Shown: positions 1 through 9,579 of the stretch, in pieces
Position numbering within the stretch: the first letter of the stretch is position 1
Layout of the letters: each line of letters starts with the position of its first letter
Source of the DNA: an uncultured Pseudomonadota bacterium
GTDB lineage: Bacteria > Pseudomonadota > Gammaproteobacteria > Ga0077536
Assembly (NCBI GenBank): GCA_903825645.1
Contig: CAIKBL010000025.1
Location: 60,078-124,077, forward strand
Length of the DNA stretch: 64,000 nucleotides
Direction of reading: 5' to 3'
The notes under the pieces: generated by a model
Told to the model about the DNA's origin: nothing
Databases searched by the model: none
The model's input: only the letters and a program-made list of their open reading frames with translations
Program-made: the position numbers and the translations under genes

Positions 1-580
1 TGGGCGTTATCTGGACGTCGATGGCGACGGGATCCCCTATCGAACTTACCCTGGCACCCATCCCACCATGGGCGGTTACTTCACGCGAGGCACGACCAAA
101 AACGCCCGCGCCACTTATTCCGAGGCAGGCCCTGATTACCTGTATAACATGCAGCGTCTTCAGCGCAAATTCGACACGGCAAAGACGCTCGTGCCGCAAC
201 CTGTGTTGCGCAAGGCATCAACGCCAGCCCGCACCGGGGTAATTTATTACGGATCGACAAGTCCGGCGATGGCTGAAGCCATCGGCGAGCTCGAGGCCCG
301 AGGCTTGGTACTGGATCTGCTGCGTGTTCGCGCCTTCCCTTTCGGCGAGCCTGTGGTCGATTTTGTTTCCAGCCATGACGAAGTGTTCGTGGTGGAGCAG
401 AACCGCGACGGCCAGCTCCGAACCATGCTTATCAACGAGCTTGGGGTGGATCCTGCACGTGTGATTCCGATTCTGCACTATGACGGCACGCCCATTACTG
501 CCCGCTTCATTACCCAGGCGATCTCGGAAATGATGCGCGCCCTGCATATTGACGCACGCAAGACCGGTAAGGTGGCCTGA
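1..580 (+). CDS. 2-oxoacid:ferredoxin oxidoreductase alpha subunit, C-terminal part (runs off the window start)
   Basis: YYGSTSPAMAEA...RVRAFPF...FVVEQNRDGQLR...HYDGTPITARFI, typical of an OFOR alpha C-terminus; directly upstream of the beta subunit. Confidence 0.9.
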   Translation, partial: GRYLDVDGDGIPYRTYPGTHPTMGGYFTRGTTKNARATYSEAGPDYLYNMQRLQRKFDTAKTLVPQPVLRKASTPARTGVIYYGSTSPAMAEAIGELEARGLVLDLLRVRAFPFGEPVVDFVSSHDEVFVVEQNRDGQLRTMLINELGVDPARVIPILHYDGTPITARFITQAISEMMRALHIDARKTGKVA

Positions 581-581
581 C

Positions 582-1637
582 ATGACCTATCTCGCAAAGC
601 CTCGGCTCCATCATCCTTCGCTCCCGCATAACGCGCTAGGCTATACCCGGCGCGATTATGAAGGTCGAATCTCTACCCTGTGCGCCGGCTGCGGGCATGA
701 CTCAATTTCGGCAGCCATCATCCAGGCCTGCTGGGAACTTGATATCGAACCACATCGAGTAGCTAAGCTCTCGGGGATCGGCTGCTCATCCAAGACGCCA
801 GATTATTTTCTCGGTAATTCGCACGGTTTCAATACGGTGCACGGCCGTATGCCTTCCGTGCTGACAGGCGCGAATCTTGCGAATAGGGCCTTGCTCTATC
901 TCGGGGTCTCCGGGGATGGCGATTCTGCATCAATCGGATTGGGGCAATTCGCGCACGTCATGCGTCGAGGCGTCAACATGGTCTATATCCTCGAAAATAA
1001 CGGGGTGTACGGTTTGACCAAGGGCCAGTTCTCGGCCACAGCAGACAAAGGCTCTGCGTCTAAAAAGGGCGTCGCCAATGCGGATTCGCCGATTGACACC
1101 GCGTCACTGGCGCTGTTGATGGGCGCCACTTTCGTCGCGCGGAGTTTCTCCGGTGACAAAGGACAGTTAGTGCCGATGATTAAAGCCGCCATCGGCCATC
1201 AAGGTGCAGCATTTATCGATGTCGTTAGCCCTTGCTTGGCCTTCAACAATCACCCTGGCAGTACTAAAAGCTACGACTATGTCCGAGATCACAACGAGGC
1301 CGTAAATTTCCTAGACATCATTGAGGGGCGACCAGAAATCACGACCGACTATGCGGCTGGAACGTCAGTCGATGTGGTACAACACGATGGGACCATTATT
1401 CGCCTACGTAAGGCGGCGGCGGACTATGACGCGACAGACAAAGTCTCCGCCATGAACTATATCCAGAAGCATCATGCCTTGGGTGAAGTGGTGACGGGTC
1501 TGCTGTATATCGACAATCAATCTACCGATATTCACGCCAACCTGAATACGGTCGCGACCCCCTTGAACGCGCTGACAGAAAAAGAGCTTTGTCCCGGATC
1601 GGCAGCGCTCGCGAAACTCAACGCGTCCTTGCGCTGA
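582..1637 (+). CDS. 2-oxoacid:ferredoxin oxidoreductase beta subunit
   Basis: STLCAGCGHD, SGIGCSSK, HGRMPS and the TPP motif GDGDSASIG...NNGVYGLTKGQFS; ATG at 582, one base after the alpha stop. Confidence 0.93.
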   Translation: MTYLAKPRLHHPSLPHNALGYTRRDYEGRISTLCAGCGHDSISAAIIQACWELDIEPHRVAKLSGIGCSSKTPDYFLGNSHGFNTVHGRMPSVLTGANLANRALLYLGVSGDGDSASIGLGQFAHVMRRGVNMVYILENNGVYGLTKGQFSATADKGSASKKGVANADSPIDTASLALLMGATFVARSFSGDKGQLVPMIKAAIGHQGAAFIDVVSPCLAFNNHPGSTKSYDYVRDHNEAVNFLDIIEGRPEITTDYAAGTSVDVVQHDGTIIRLRKAAADYDATDKVSAMNYIQKHHALGEVVTGLLYIDNQSTDIHANLNTVATPLNALTEKELCPGSAALAKLNASLR

Positions 1638-1755
1638 TTCATTTGGGCTGTCGGTCCGACCGGCACGGCAGCCCGCTCATCATGAGCAATCGATTGAGCG
1701 TCGTCAGGGGTCCGCCGAGGGCGCTAGATAACCTGTAGCCACCCGAAGGCTCGCG

Positions 1756-2577
1756 TCATTTATCCGAGAAATCTAAGCTCTCCAGTTTATGACCCCAGTC
1801 GCGCTTGGCCGCCAGGTAGCGTTTGTTGTAATCGTTGATCCCCGTGACATGCGGCTCCGCCACCACCTCTTTCAACCCATATCCGGTTAAGTCTTCGATT
1901 TTTTTGGGATTATTGGTCAATAACCGGAACCGACGGTTCCCGACAAAATAATGAAGCAACGCCGCGGCATCGGTGAAATCGCGAGAGTCATCGGGCAGAC
2001 CGAGTGATCGATTGGCTTCATAGGTATTTTCGCCCGCGTCCTGTAAAAGATACGTGGCGGCTTTCGCCCAGAGGCCTATCCCTCGTCCTTCATGACCGGA
2101 CATGTAAATAAGGACCCCACCGCTGGGACAAGCCTGAATGCGGGACATAGCAGAAATGAACTGAGGTCCACACTCACAGCGCTGCGACCCGAAAACATCA
2201 CCGGTCATACAGCTCGAGTGGACCCGTACCAACGGGTCATCCCCAAGTCGGGGGTTTCCCATCACCAGTACGCTATTGACCGCCATACTGGATGCCAACA
2301 TGGCGAAAAGCTGTTGTCCGCCCTGCTCCCGCAGATCTCGCGCTAACGCCTCTACTTTGGCGAGCTCCGTGCTCCGGACGGTTGCATACCACTGAACCAT
2401 GAAGTTCGATCCATCGAGTTGAACCGGCATAGGGATAGGGCCTAGCACGTTGATGGCAATCTCCCCTTCCAAGGGCGATGTTTCCACCGAGATGACGGTA
2501 CCCTCGCGATTAATACGGAATAACTTGCCTGCATCGATCAAGCGGCGACGTATCGTGGGATTAAGATAGGTGAACAT
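1756..2577 (-). CDS. ribA: GTP cyclohydrolase II with N-terminal extension
   Basis: PLVRVHSSCMTGDVFGSQRCECG (three Zn Cys), HEGRGIGL, LLTNNPKKI, YLAAKRDWGH. Confidence 0.88.
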   Translation of the reverse strand: MFTYLNPTIRRRLIDAGKLFRINREGTVISVETSPLEGEIAINVLGPIPMPVQLDGSNFMVQWYATVRSTELAKVEALARDLREQGGQQLFAMLASSMAVNSVLVMGNPRLGDDPLVRVHSSCMTGDVFGSQRCECGPQFISAMSRIQACPSGGVLIYMSGHEGRGIGLWAKAATYLLQDAGENTYEANRSLGLPDDSRDFTDAAALLHYFVGNRRFRLLTNNPKKIEDLTGYGLKEVVAEPHVTGINDYNKRYLAAKRDWGHKLESLDFSDK

Positions 2578-2660
2578 ATCGTTTATAACAGCCGGCTGGA
2601 GTACTCGAAAAGGGGACGGAATATGCCCCGCAGTCGACGCGGGGTCAACGCGAAAAATAG

Positions 2661-3176
2661 TTAGTGGTCGGGTGGCAAAGGAGACTGCAGCTGCTTTAAA
2701 AACTGATACAGCGCGCGCGTTGCGCGTGGCGGGCGTTCCTGTTCCCGCTCTTGCTCCTGACGCGCGTTACGAATCAATTGACGGAGATGTTGGCGATCCA
2801 GATCCGGATGGCGCATCGCCAGTCGCTCAAGCACGACATCACCATCCCGTAGCAGCGCCGCTCGCAACGCTTCAAGCTCGTGCATTCGTCTCACTTCGTG
2901 GACACCCGGCTCCAGCGCCGCCTTGATGGCTATCTGAATCGCCACGTAATCTTCCGCTTCGAGTATCCCGCCCAGATGTCGCAGCTGTCGCTGTAATGCA
3001 CCCTTCTGGAGTTTGCGACCGACCACGACCTCCTCCCGAAGCGCGCTCGACAGAGGCAGCCGTTTGAGCAGGCTGTCGGGTAGTTCCACCAGCTGCCGTC
3101 CTAGCGCTTGCAATGCGAGATGTTCGCGCTTGAGTTGCGATTTACTCTTAAGATCGTCGTTGTCATCTCCGTTCAT
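2661..3176 (-). CDS. yjgA: Ribosome-associated protein YjgA/DarP (DUF615)
   Basis: KSKSQLKRE..ALQALGRQLVEL, RQLRHLG, LEALRAALL, DRQHLRQLIRNARQE. Confidence 0.9.
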   Translation of the reverse strand: MNGDDNDDLKSKSQLKREHLALQALGRQLVELPDSLLKRLPLSSALREEVVVGRKLQKGALQRQLRHLGGILEAEDYVAIQIAIKAALEPGVHEVRRMHELEALRAALLRDGDVVLERLAMRHPDLDRQHLRQLIRNARQEQEREQERPPRATRALYQFLKQLQSPLPPDH

Positions 3177-3186
3177 AGTACGGTCA

Positions 3187-3648
3187 TCACGGCGTATGCT
3201 TGACCGTCACGCCGCGTTCCGCGAAGACCTCTTTGGCCATCGTAATGCCGTTCAACGCCGCCGGGAAACCCGCATAGACCGCCATTTGCATAATCGTTTC
3301 CACGATTTCTTCTGGTTTGCAGCCCACATTAAGCGCGCCGTTGATATGGGCCTTCAACTGAGGCTGCGCATAGCCGTGGACGGTGAGTGCCCCAACGGTA
3401 ATGAGCTCGCGCGTACGAAGGTCGAGCTCAGGGCGCGAGAGAACCTGGCCGTAGCCCCACTCTATCACCCAACGTCCAAGCTCCGGCGCGATATCCTGCA
3501 AGCTTTCGACAGCTTTCGAGCCACTCGCCCCTGTCACGCGCGCAAGCGTCTCCTTGCCCTTGATGTAATCCGCAGATTCCGTCGTAGTTTCCGCCATGGC
3601 ACAGGCTCCTATGAGTAAAGTGAGAATAAATCCGCCAACTATTTTCAT
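3187..3648 (-). CDS. Carboxymuconolactone decarboxylase/AhpD-family protein with possible signal peptide
   Basis: LSRPELDLRTRELITV, PQLKAHINGALNVG, QMAVYAGFPAALN; GAGGGT RBS before ATG 3648. Confidence 0.85.
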   Translation of the reverse strand: MKIVGGFILTLLIGACAMAETTTESADYIKGKETLARVTGASGSKAVESLQDIAPELGRWVIEWGYGQVLSRPELDLRTRELITVGALTVHGYAQPQLKAHINGALNVGCKPEEIVETIMQMAVYAGFPAALNGITMAKEVFAERGVTVKHTP

Positions 3649-3673
3649 CGCACCACCCTCTGGAATGGCCTGC

Positions 3674-4033
3674 TTAAGGCGTAAGTACGCGTGCAAAACT
3701 TAATTCGTGGCCATCCGGATCGGTGACGTGGAAGTAGCGCTCACCCCAGGCAGCATCACGGGGCGGTGCTTCGGTCTCAAATCCACAGTCGTTAGCCTTA
3801 GCATAAAACGCATCGACATCATCCACGTAGAAGATTACCCGGCCCCACCAGGGATATCGGGTGGACGCAGAGACGGCGACAAGATTGAGGTAGCTGGTCC
3901 CGCAATAAAAGGACGTAAATTCCGCCGCTCCCCCGCCATACTTGAGTTCAAATCCGAGCGCCGCATAAAACGCGACGCTGGCGGCCATGTCGCGCGTCCC
4001 GAGCGTTAGTGCACTTACGCCCTCTATTTTCAT
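3674..4033 (-). CDS. VOC/glyoxalase family protein
   Basis: DMAASVAFYAALGF, FYVDDVDAFY, PRDAAWGERYFHVTDPDGHELSF; ATGA overlap with the esterase stop. Confidence 0.88.
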   Translation of the reverse strand: MKIEGVSALTLGTRDMAASVAFYAALGFELKYGGGAAEFTSFYCGTSYLNLVAVSASTRYPWWGRVIFYVDDVDAFYAKANDCGFETEAPPRDAAWGERYFHVTDPDGHELSFARVLTP

Positions 4034-4689
4034 TGCAACCGCGCGCTTAACCACGCGCCGATATCCCGGATCTGGCTGGGACAGACTGAATGCTCCATGG
4101 CGTAGGTCTTATACTCGACAGGATACCCCATGACGGCAAGGGCCTGGGCGGCTGCCTTCCCCTTACGCACCGATACCATCGGATCGGCATCCCCGTGATG
4201 GATGGCAATCTGCAACCCTGCATTGGCCGGATGGGGGACCAAGGTTCGCTGTGTTGCAAAATAGGTCGACAACGCCAAAAGCCCCGCCAGCCTGCGCGGA
4301 TAGGTGAGCGCAAGTTGGTAGCCCACCGCGCCGCCCTGAGAAAAGCCGACGACCACAATTTTTTCGGTAGGGATCCCGCGCGCCGCCTCGAAGGCAATCA
4401 ATTCCCCCACCGCCGTGGCGGAGGCGATCAGTTGTGTTTGGTCCACCTGGCGTTCCAGATCACCCGAGCGAATGTCATACCACGCGGGCATCACCATGCC
4501 GCCGTTTAGGGTGACGGGCATCATGGGCGCGTGCGGAAACACGAACCGTACCCGCAGATCTGCGGCCAAACCCAGCATCGGCACGACGGGCTCGAAATCG
4601 TGGCCGTTAGAACCGAGGCCGTGCAACCAGATAACGGTCGCGGTCGCTGGGCCATCGGGTTCAATTTCAACACGGGGAAGTAATGCCAT
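4030..4689 (-). CDS. Carboxylesterase/phospholipase (alpha/beta hydrolase)
   Basis: WLHGLG, FVFPHAP, MPAWYDI, GFSQGG nucleophile motif, HGDADPMV, MEHSV. Confidence 0.92.
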   Translation of the reverse strand: MALLPRVEIEPDGPATATVIWLHGLGSNGHDFEPVVPMLGLAADLRVRFVFPHAPMMPVTLNGGMVMPAWYDIRSGDLERQVDQTQLIASATAVGELIAFEAARGIPTEKIVVVGFSQGGAVGYQLALTYPRRLAGLLALSTYFATQRTLVPHPANAGLQIAIHHGDADPMVSVRKGKAAAQALAVMGYPVEYKTYAMEHSVCPSQIRDIGAWLSARLQ

Positions 4690-4691
4690 CG

Positions 4692-5462
4692 TCAACTTGC
4701 TCCCGTGATCCCGCCATCCACTGGAATCACCGCGCCAGTGATGAAGCTCGCGGCACGAGAAGCCAAGAAAATGGCGATACCCGCAGCATCTTCCGCCCCT
4801 CCCATCCGCTTTAAGGGCACGGCATTCACGATGGCATCGCCCATACTCGCGATCATGGGTGCCATCATGTCTGTGGCAAACGGACCCGGCGCCACCGCAT
4901 TCACCGTGACATGCCGCCCGGCCAGATGGGTCGCAAGTACGCGTGTCAGATGATGGACAGCAGCCTTCGATGCGCCGTAGGAAAAGTTCTCAAACATCGA
5001 GGTATGCAGACCATCGATGGAGCCGATATTGATAACACGCGAAGGTGCCTCCGCCGTTGCCACCGACGTCAGCAGGGGCAACAATTTCTGGGTCAGGAAA
5101 AACACGGATTTGACATTCAAATCCATGACCTTGTCCCAGCCCGCCTCCGGAAACTTATCAACGGACCCACCCCAAGTCGCACCCGCATTATTGACGAGAA
5201 TATCGAGACGAGTTTCCTGTCCGGCCAGGGTCTCCGCGACCCGATTGACCTCAGCCATCTGCCCGAGATCTGCCGGAAGGGAGATGCAGGTGCCCAGTTC
5301 ACTCAGCGTCGCCGCAGCCGCCGCACACGCGTCGCCTTTGCGGGAAGAAATATAGACACGCGCACCAGCCATGACATAGGCGCGCGCAATCATCAAACCG
5401 ATGCCACGCGAGCCCCCGGTAATCAGTGCCGTCTTGCCCGCAATAGAGAATAAATCGTTCAT
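4692..5462 (-). CDS. SDR family oxidoreductase
   Basis: TGGSRGIG, NNAG, YGASK, VDGG. Confidence 0.92.
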   Translation of the reverse strand: MNDLFSIAGKTALITGGSRGIGLMIARAYVMAGARVYISSRKGDACAAAAATLSELGTCISLPADLGQMAEVNRVAETLAGQETRLDILVNNAGATWGGSVDKFPEAGWDKVMDLNVKSVFFLTQKLLPLLTSVATAEAPSRVINIGSIDGLHTSMFENFSYGASKAAVHHLTRVLATHLAGRHVTVNAVAPGPFATDMMAPMIASMGDAIVNAVPLKRMGGAEDAAGIAIFLASRAASFITGAVIPVDGGITGAS

Positions 5463-5563
5463 GAGATTATCTTCAGTTGTAAATCAGTGGCCTTGAAACC
5501 CAAGGAGAGAAAAGGAAACGCCTATTCCGTCAGAGCTTGAGTGCCAGTCGATCGACGCTCTCC

Positions 5564-6373
5564 TTAGCCGCTGGACGGTTGCTTGCCATAGCTCGCTTCG
5601 ATGCTATCCATCGGCGACTTCTGGATGCCGTGATTGGGGATCGGGTAGCGCAAGCCATTAGCGGACAGCGCCTTAAGCCCCGCGACGACCTGCGGCAGAA
5701 ATCCTGGTGGAACGGCCATCAACATCTCCTCGTCAAGGACGCCGCCGAATTTACGCTCTGCATAGCAAGGGATGGACAACGACGGCTCTCCCGTTTTAAG
5801 CGCGTTCCCCCAAGAATCTGCGCAGGCGCTCTCACCCACACAAGAAAACGTTAACTTTCGATAGTTACGATACTGCAAGGCATTGACGAAGGTAATCATT
5901 TGGCCAGGCGTCCCATAAATCAGGCAGATATCGGGGTTTTCGATCCGCCCCGAGGTCAACGGCGACACCACCAGCGCCGCGTAGTCACCATAGGGCGCGC
6001 AACTCATGGCCTGTTGGTGTGCCGCGCTATCCTCAACAGTGGCATACCAAACGCCGGTCAGCTGACGTCCCGCAAGCCACGTGGTGTCTGGGGGATGTAA
6101 TCCAACCACGGCGCCACATTGGGCCCCCATGAGGTTGTCCATCGTAATGCCGAGCGTCCAGCCAAGCCAGCGGCTCTGTCCGACGATCTGATCGGTCGCG
6201 AATTTTTCGCCTACGGGTGGTCGCCGTAGGCGCGGTATCGCCTCCATTTCCGCGACGGTTCGGAAACGTTTCATGCCAACTGGCGTCGTTTTAAGCCGCA
6301 GATACTGATTCAAATCGGCGACAAGTGACGGGTAATCATATTCGTTGGTGTCGTTCCAGCAATTTGGGGTCAT
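5564..6373 (-). CDS. DUF169 domain-containing protein
   Basis: LRLKTTPVGMK, P-D-IxLIYGTPGQM, VGESACAD, SIPCYAERKFGG..DEEMLMA pattern of DUF169. Confidence 0.8.
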   Translation of the reverse strand: MTPNCWNDTNEYDYPSLVADLNQYLRLKTTPVGMKRFRTVAEMEAIPRLRRPPVGEKFATDQIVGQSRWLGWTLGITMDNLMGAQCGAVVGLHPPDTTWLAGRQLTGVWYATVEDSAAHQQAMSCAPYGDYAALVVSPLTSGRIENPDICLIYGTPGQMITFVNALQYRNYRKLTFSCVGESACADSWGNALKTGEPSLSIPCYAERKFGGVLDEEMLMAVPPGFLPQVVAGLKALSANGLRYPIPNHGIQKSPMDSIEASYGKQPSSG

Positions 6374-6433
6374 TTCTTTACCTTTCAGCGAAAACGTGAT
6401 GGCGAGGGTCTAGGTGCTTGGCACACAGCGCCC

Positions 6434-6910
6434 TCAGCGCGTCCGACAACCGACCAGCCCAACCGAGCGAACCGTCATGCGCGGCAGGCCCTCGGGACCG
6501 AAGACTTCCATCCGGGTATGGATGAGACCGCGGTCTGGTTTGGAGGCGGAGCGGCGCGACTTCTCGATGGTCACCTGCACCTTGAGCTGCTCACCCGGGC
6601 GCACCGGATTTAACCAGCGGATTTCGTCCACGCCCGGCGATCCCATGCTTGCGACGGAGGAAATAAAATGATCAACGACCACCCGCATCATGGCACTGCA
6701 AGTATGCCAGCCGCTCGCCACCAGGCCCCCAAAATGGCTTCTCGCCGCGGCGTCATGGTCGAGATGGAACGGTTGAGGATCGAAGCGCCGTGCAAAATCA
6801 ATAATCTCAGCTTCGCTCAGACTGAAGTATCCCAACTCATAGGTCGCGTTGGGCTCATAATCTTCGAAATAGCGGTCATCGGCGGGGGTCTTGAAAGTCG
6901 TGATGGACAT
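6434..6910 (-). CDS. MaoC-family (hotdog-fold) dehydratase
   Basis: YFEDY, EIIDFARRFDPQPFHLD, GGLVASGWHT, SPGVDEIRWLNPVRPG. Confidence 0.9.
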   Translation of the reverse strand: MSITTFKTPADDRYFEDYEPNATYELGYFSLSEAEIIDFARRFDPQPFHLDHDAAARSHFGGLVASGWHTCSAMMRVVVDHFISSVASMGSPGVDEIRWLNPVRPGEQLKVQVTIEKSRRSASKPDRGLIHTRMEVFGPEGLPRMTVRSVGLVGCRTR

Positions 6911-6967
6911 CGGCTCAGGAATCCTAATTAAACGGGGACACACCACTCATTGTACGCACATGCATAC

Positions 6968-7753
6968 TCAGGGTTCGAGACCAAGCTCCCGTGCAACAAG
7001 CGCGAGCATAGGGATGAGACGCGTAGCCCAAACAGCCTGTCCCGATGGCATGTTGACTTCGTCCTGACGAAGTTCAATAAGCACATGGGGTAGACCTCGT
7101 CGCTCAGCATGTACCGGCACCCCATAATCACCCTCATCCGTAAGCCGGTAAGGCTCGTTGTCCCCTACGCACAAACCAGGCTCATGGCGCAGCTCTCGAA
7201 GCAGCGTGTCTGCGACGCGGCGATCGCGGTTCGAAAGCATCGCCACCTGCCACGGACGGTGCACTCCCCTGTAGATCGGCGTAAAGCTGTGCATGGAGAC
7301 ATAAATCATCGAGTGTCCCCTCGATAAACGCCGATCAATCAACGCCGTAATCGCTTCGTGGTACGGCTGATGGAACTCACGATGCCGACGGGTTTTCTGC
7401 GCCTCACTCAGTGCCCGGTTACCGGGCACGTCGGTGAATTCGCTCCGGACCGGAATGGCATCATCGCGCCATAGTTGGCGATTACAATCTACGACCAAGC
7501 GGGAATAGCCACTGGCGACAAGCGGCGCCTCAAAGGCATCCGCTAGCCGCATCGCCACAGCCAACGCCCCGATGTCCCAGGCGATATGCCGCTGCATTTC
7601 CGCCTGCGACACCCCTAAATCGCCTAATACCAACGGAATCCGGTTGCTGGCATGGTCGCACGTGAACAAAAAAGGGGAGCGACTCTCGGGGCGCGTGACA
7701 GTCACCGCCGGGGGTTCATGGCTTGATAACAATAGTTTGGTCTCCACGCCCAC
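6968..7753 (-). CDS. N-formylglutamate amidohydrolase family protein
   Basis: TCDHASNRIP, HIAWDIGA, SRLVVDCNR, SMHSFTP, GDNEPY, LIELRQD. Confidence 0.9.
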   Translation of the reverse strand: MGVETKLLLSSHEPPAVTVTRPESRSPFLFTCDHASNRIPLVLGDLGVSQAEMQRHIAWDIGALAVAMRLADAFEAPLVASGYSRLVVDCNRQLWRDDAIPVRSEFTDVPGNRALSEAQKTRRHREFHQPYHEAITALIDRRLSRGHSMIYVSMHSFTPIYRGVHRPWQVAMLSNRDRRVADTLLRELRHEPGLCVGDNEPYRLTDEGDYGVPVHAERRGLPHVLIELRQDEVNMPSGQAVWATRLIPMLALVARELGLEP

Positions 7754-7989
7754 CTGCAGGCTACTGTCAATTACTCATTCTCGCTCGTCTCCACCAAGAC
7801 CTATCGCGTCGAAGCAGGCAGACGGCAGTCTGCCGCGACACGCGCCAGAGATCCAGCAAACGTGCCCATGAAGACGTGCCCGCTTGCCCGGTTGAAATCC
7901 TAACGGTAGAGAGAGGTCGGGGTTTTAGAGACGCCACGGGTATCCGTGCGGACGGCCCCCGGACACTTTGCCCCAAAGTAGGATTCGCC

Positions 7990-9168
7990 ATGGCATTTAC
8001 CGCTCAACATGCTCAACGCGCGCGCGCCGATTTTCCCGCACTCCAACGATCCAACGCAGATCAGCCGACGGCTATCAACGATGCAATGTCAACGTTGGCG
8101 GCGCCTTCGTCACCTCGCACGAAGTCGAGGAAGCCGTGCAGGCAGCACGTCTGGCGACCGCGGACTTTCTAGCCGCCGCGGGGGCCGCGACCCTCTCCTT
8201 TGGCGCCAACATGACGACGCTCAATTTTGCTTTGAGCCACGCACTTGCTCGGCGTTTGCGCGGGGGGATGAGGTAGTCATCACGCAACTTGATCACGAAG
8301 CGGATCGTGGTCCCTGGCTAAGTCTCGCCGCCCAGGGCACCACCGTCCCGGAAGTGGCCCTGGGGTCAGACGGGGCCCTTGATGCGGAGGCACTGGAACG
8401 TGCGCTAACGTCCCGTACCCGCATCGTCGCGTTGGAGCGCGCGTCCAACGCGCTCGGCACGGTCACACCGACTACCGGGCAGTTTATGAACGCTGCCGGG
8501 CGCGTGGCGCGTTGCTGGTGTGCGACGCAGTTCATGATGCCGCTCATTTCGCCGTAGACGTACGAGCCTTGGATTGCGATTTTCTGCTCTGCTCCGCCTA
8601 TAAATTCTATGGTCCCCAAATCGGGATCCTATGCAGTCGGCCAGGCCTTCTGGATACTCTGGATACCGACCGTCTGCGCACACAAGAATCCGAGGCGCCC
8701 TATCGGATCGAAACTGGGACTCTGAATCACCCCGCGCTGATGGGTCTCACCGCCACGATTGAATATCTCGCGCAATGGAGCCAGGGGAAACACGCCGGGC
8801 GCGGCTAATCAATGCGATGCGCGACCTTGGTGACTACGAACATGCACTCGCGGCGACTTATCATGCGGGTCTATGCGCGCTACCCGACGCCCAAGTTTGG
8901 GGACCCCACTTCGGGCAAAGGGCCACGCGCACCCACCGTATCCATGACTTTGCAGGGCTATCGTGCCGAACAGGTCGCGACGCAACTCGCCACGCGTGGT
9001 CTTCAAGTCTGGCACGGCCATTTCTACGCTCCGCGAGTCCTCGAAGCTTATGACCTGGTCTCCCGTGGCGGCTTGCTCCGTACGGGTTTCGCGCTCTACA
9101 ACACCGCCGAAGAAGTCGCCCGACTATTGGAAGTCCTCACCGTGCTGGCGAGCCGACCGCATGCTTAA
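7990..9168 (+). pseudogene. Cysteine desulfurase-like (aminotransferase class V) pseudogene
   Basis: Homologous blocks spread over successive frame segments (RADFPAL; NVGGAFVTS..FGANMTTL; GDEVVITQLDHEAD..ASNALGT; CSAYKFYGP..IETGTLNH; RAPTVS..YNTAEEV); about 5 frameshifts and the usual DGPGGTQVP block is absent. Confidence 0.85.
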
Positions 9169-9560
9169 GACGCACCTGAGTGAACGTTTCGGGCTCGAAT
9201 CGAATATCTCTTGCCAAATGCGCCGATGGCACTTGTCGCAGGTGGTCGTCCTGCGCGCGGGTGGTTTGGGCTGGTGGGCGGACAGTATGCCGGCCCATTA
9301 GGCGCGAAGCTTGTTCTCGAAACAGAATGCTGACCCGCCGACGGCGCGCCGATCGGGATCGGGTTCGTTGCCTGGGCGCTCGCCAAAATGCCGGTTAAAC
9401 TCACCCCTCCGCTGGCACTGAAGCCGGCGCGTAGCTTCCTCTCCTTTCCTTTCCAGATCCCCAGCCCGCTCCGTCGAAATCCATGCCATCAGCGTAGCCT
9501 TGATTTGCCAGGCAAAGACTTTCACGCAGGTGCGTTCGAACCATGGCTCGAATCAGGATG
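9161..9560 (+). pseudogene. Nitronate monooxygenase-family remnant (truncated, frameshifted)
   Basis: Fragments MLKTHLSERFGLE, APMALVAGGR, AGGLG, GAPIGIGFVAWALAK, FLSF..DPQP and EIHA..ALICQ in shifting frames; only the N-terminal part remains. Confidence 0.7.
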
Positions 9561-9579
9561 TTTTAACGCGAGGACAGTC

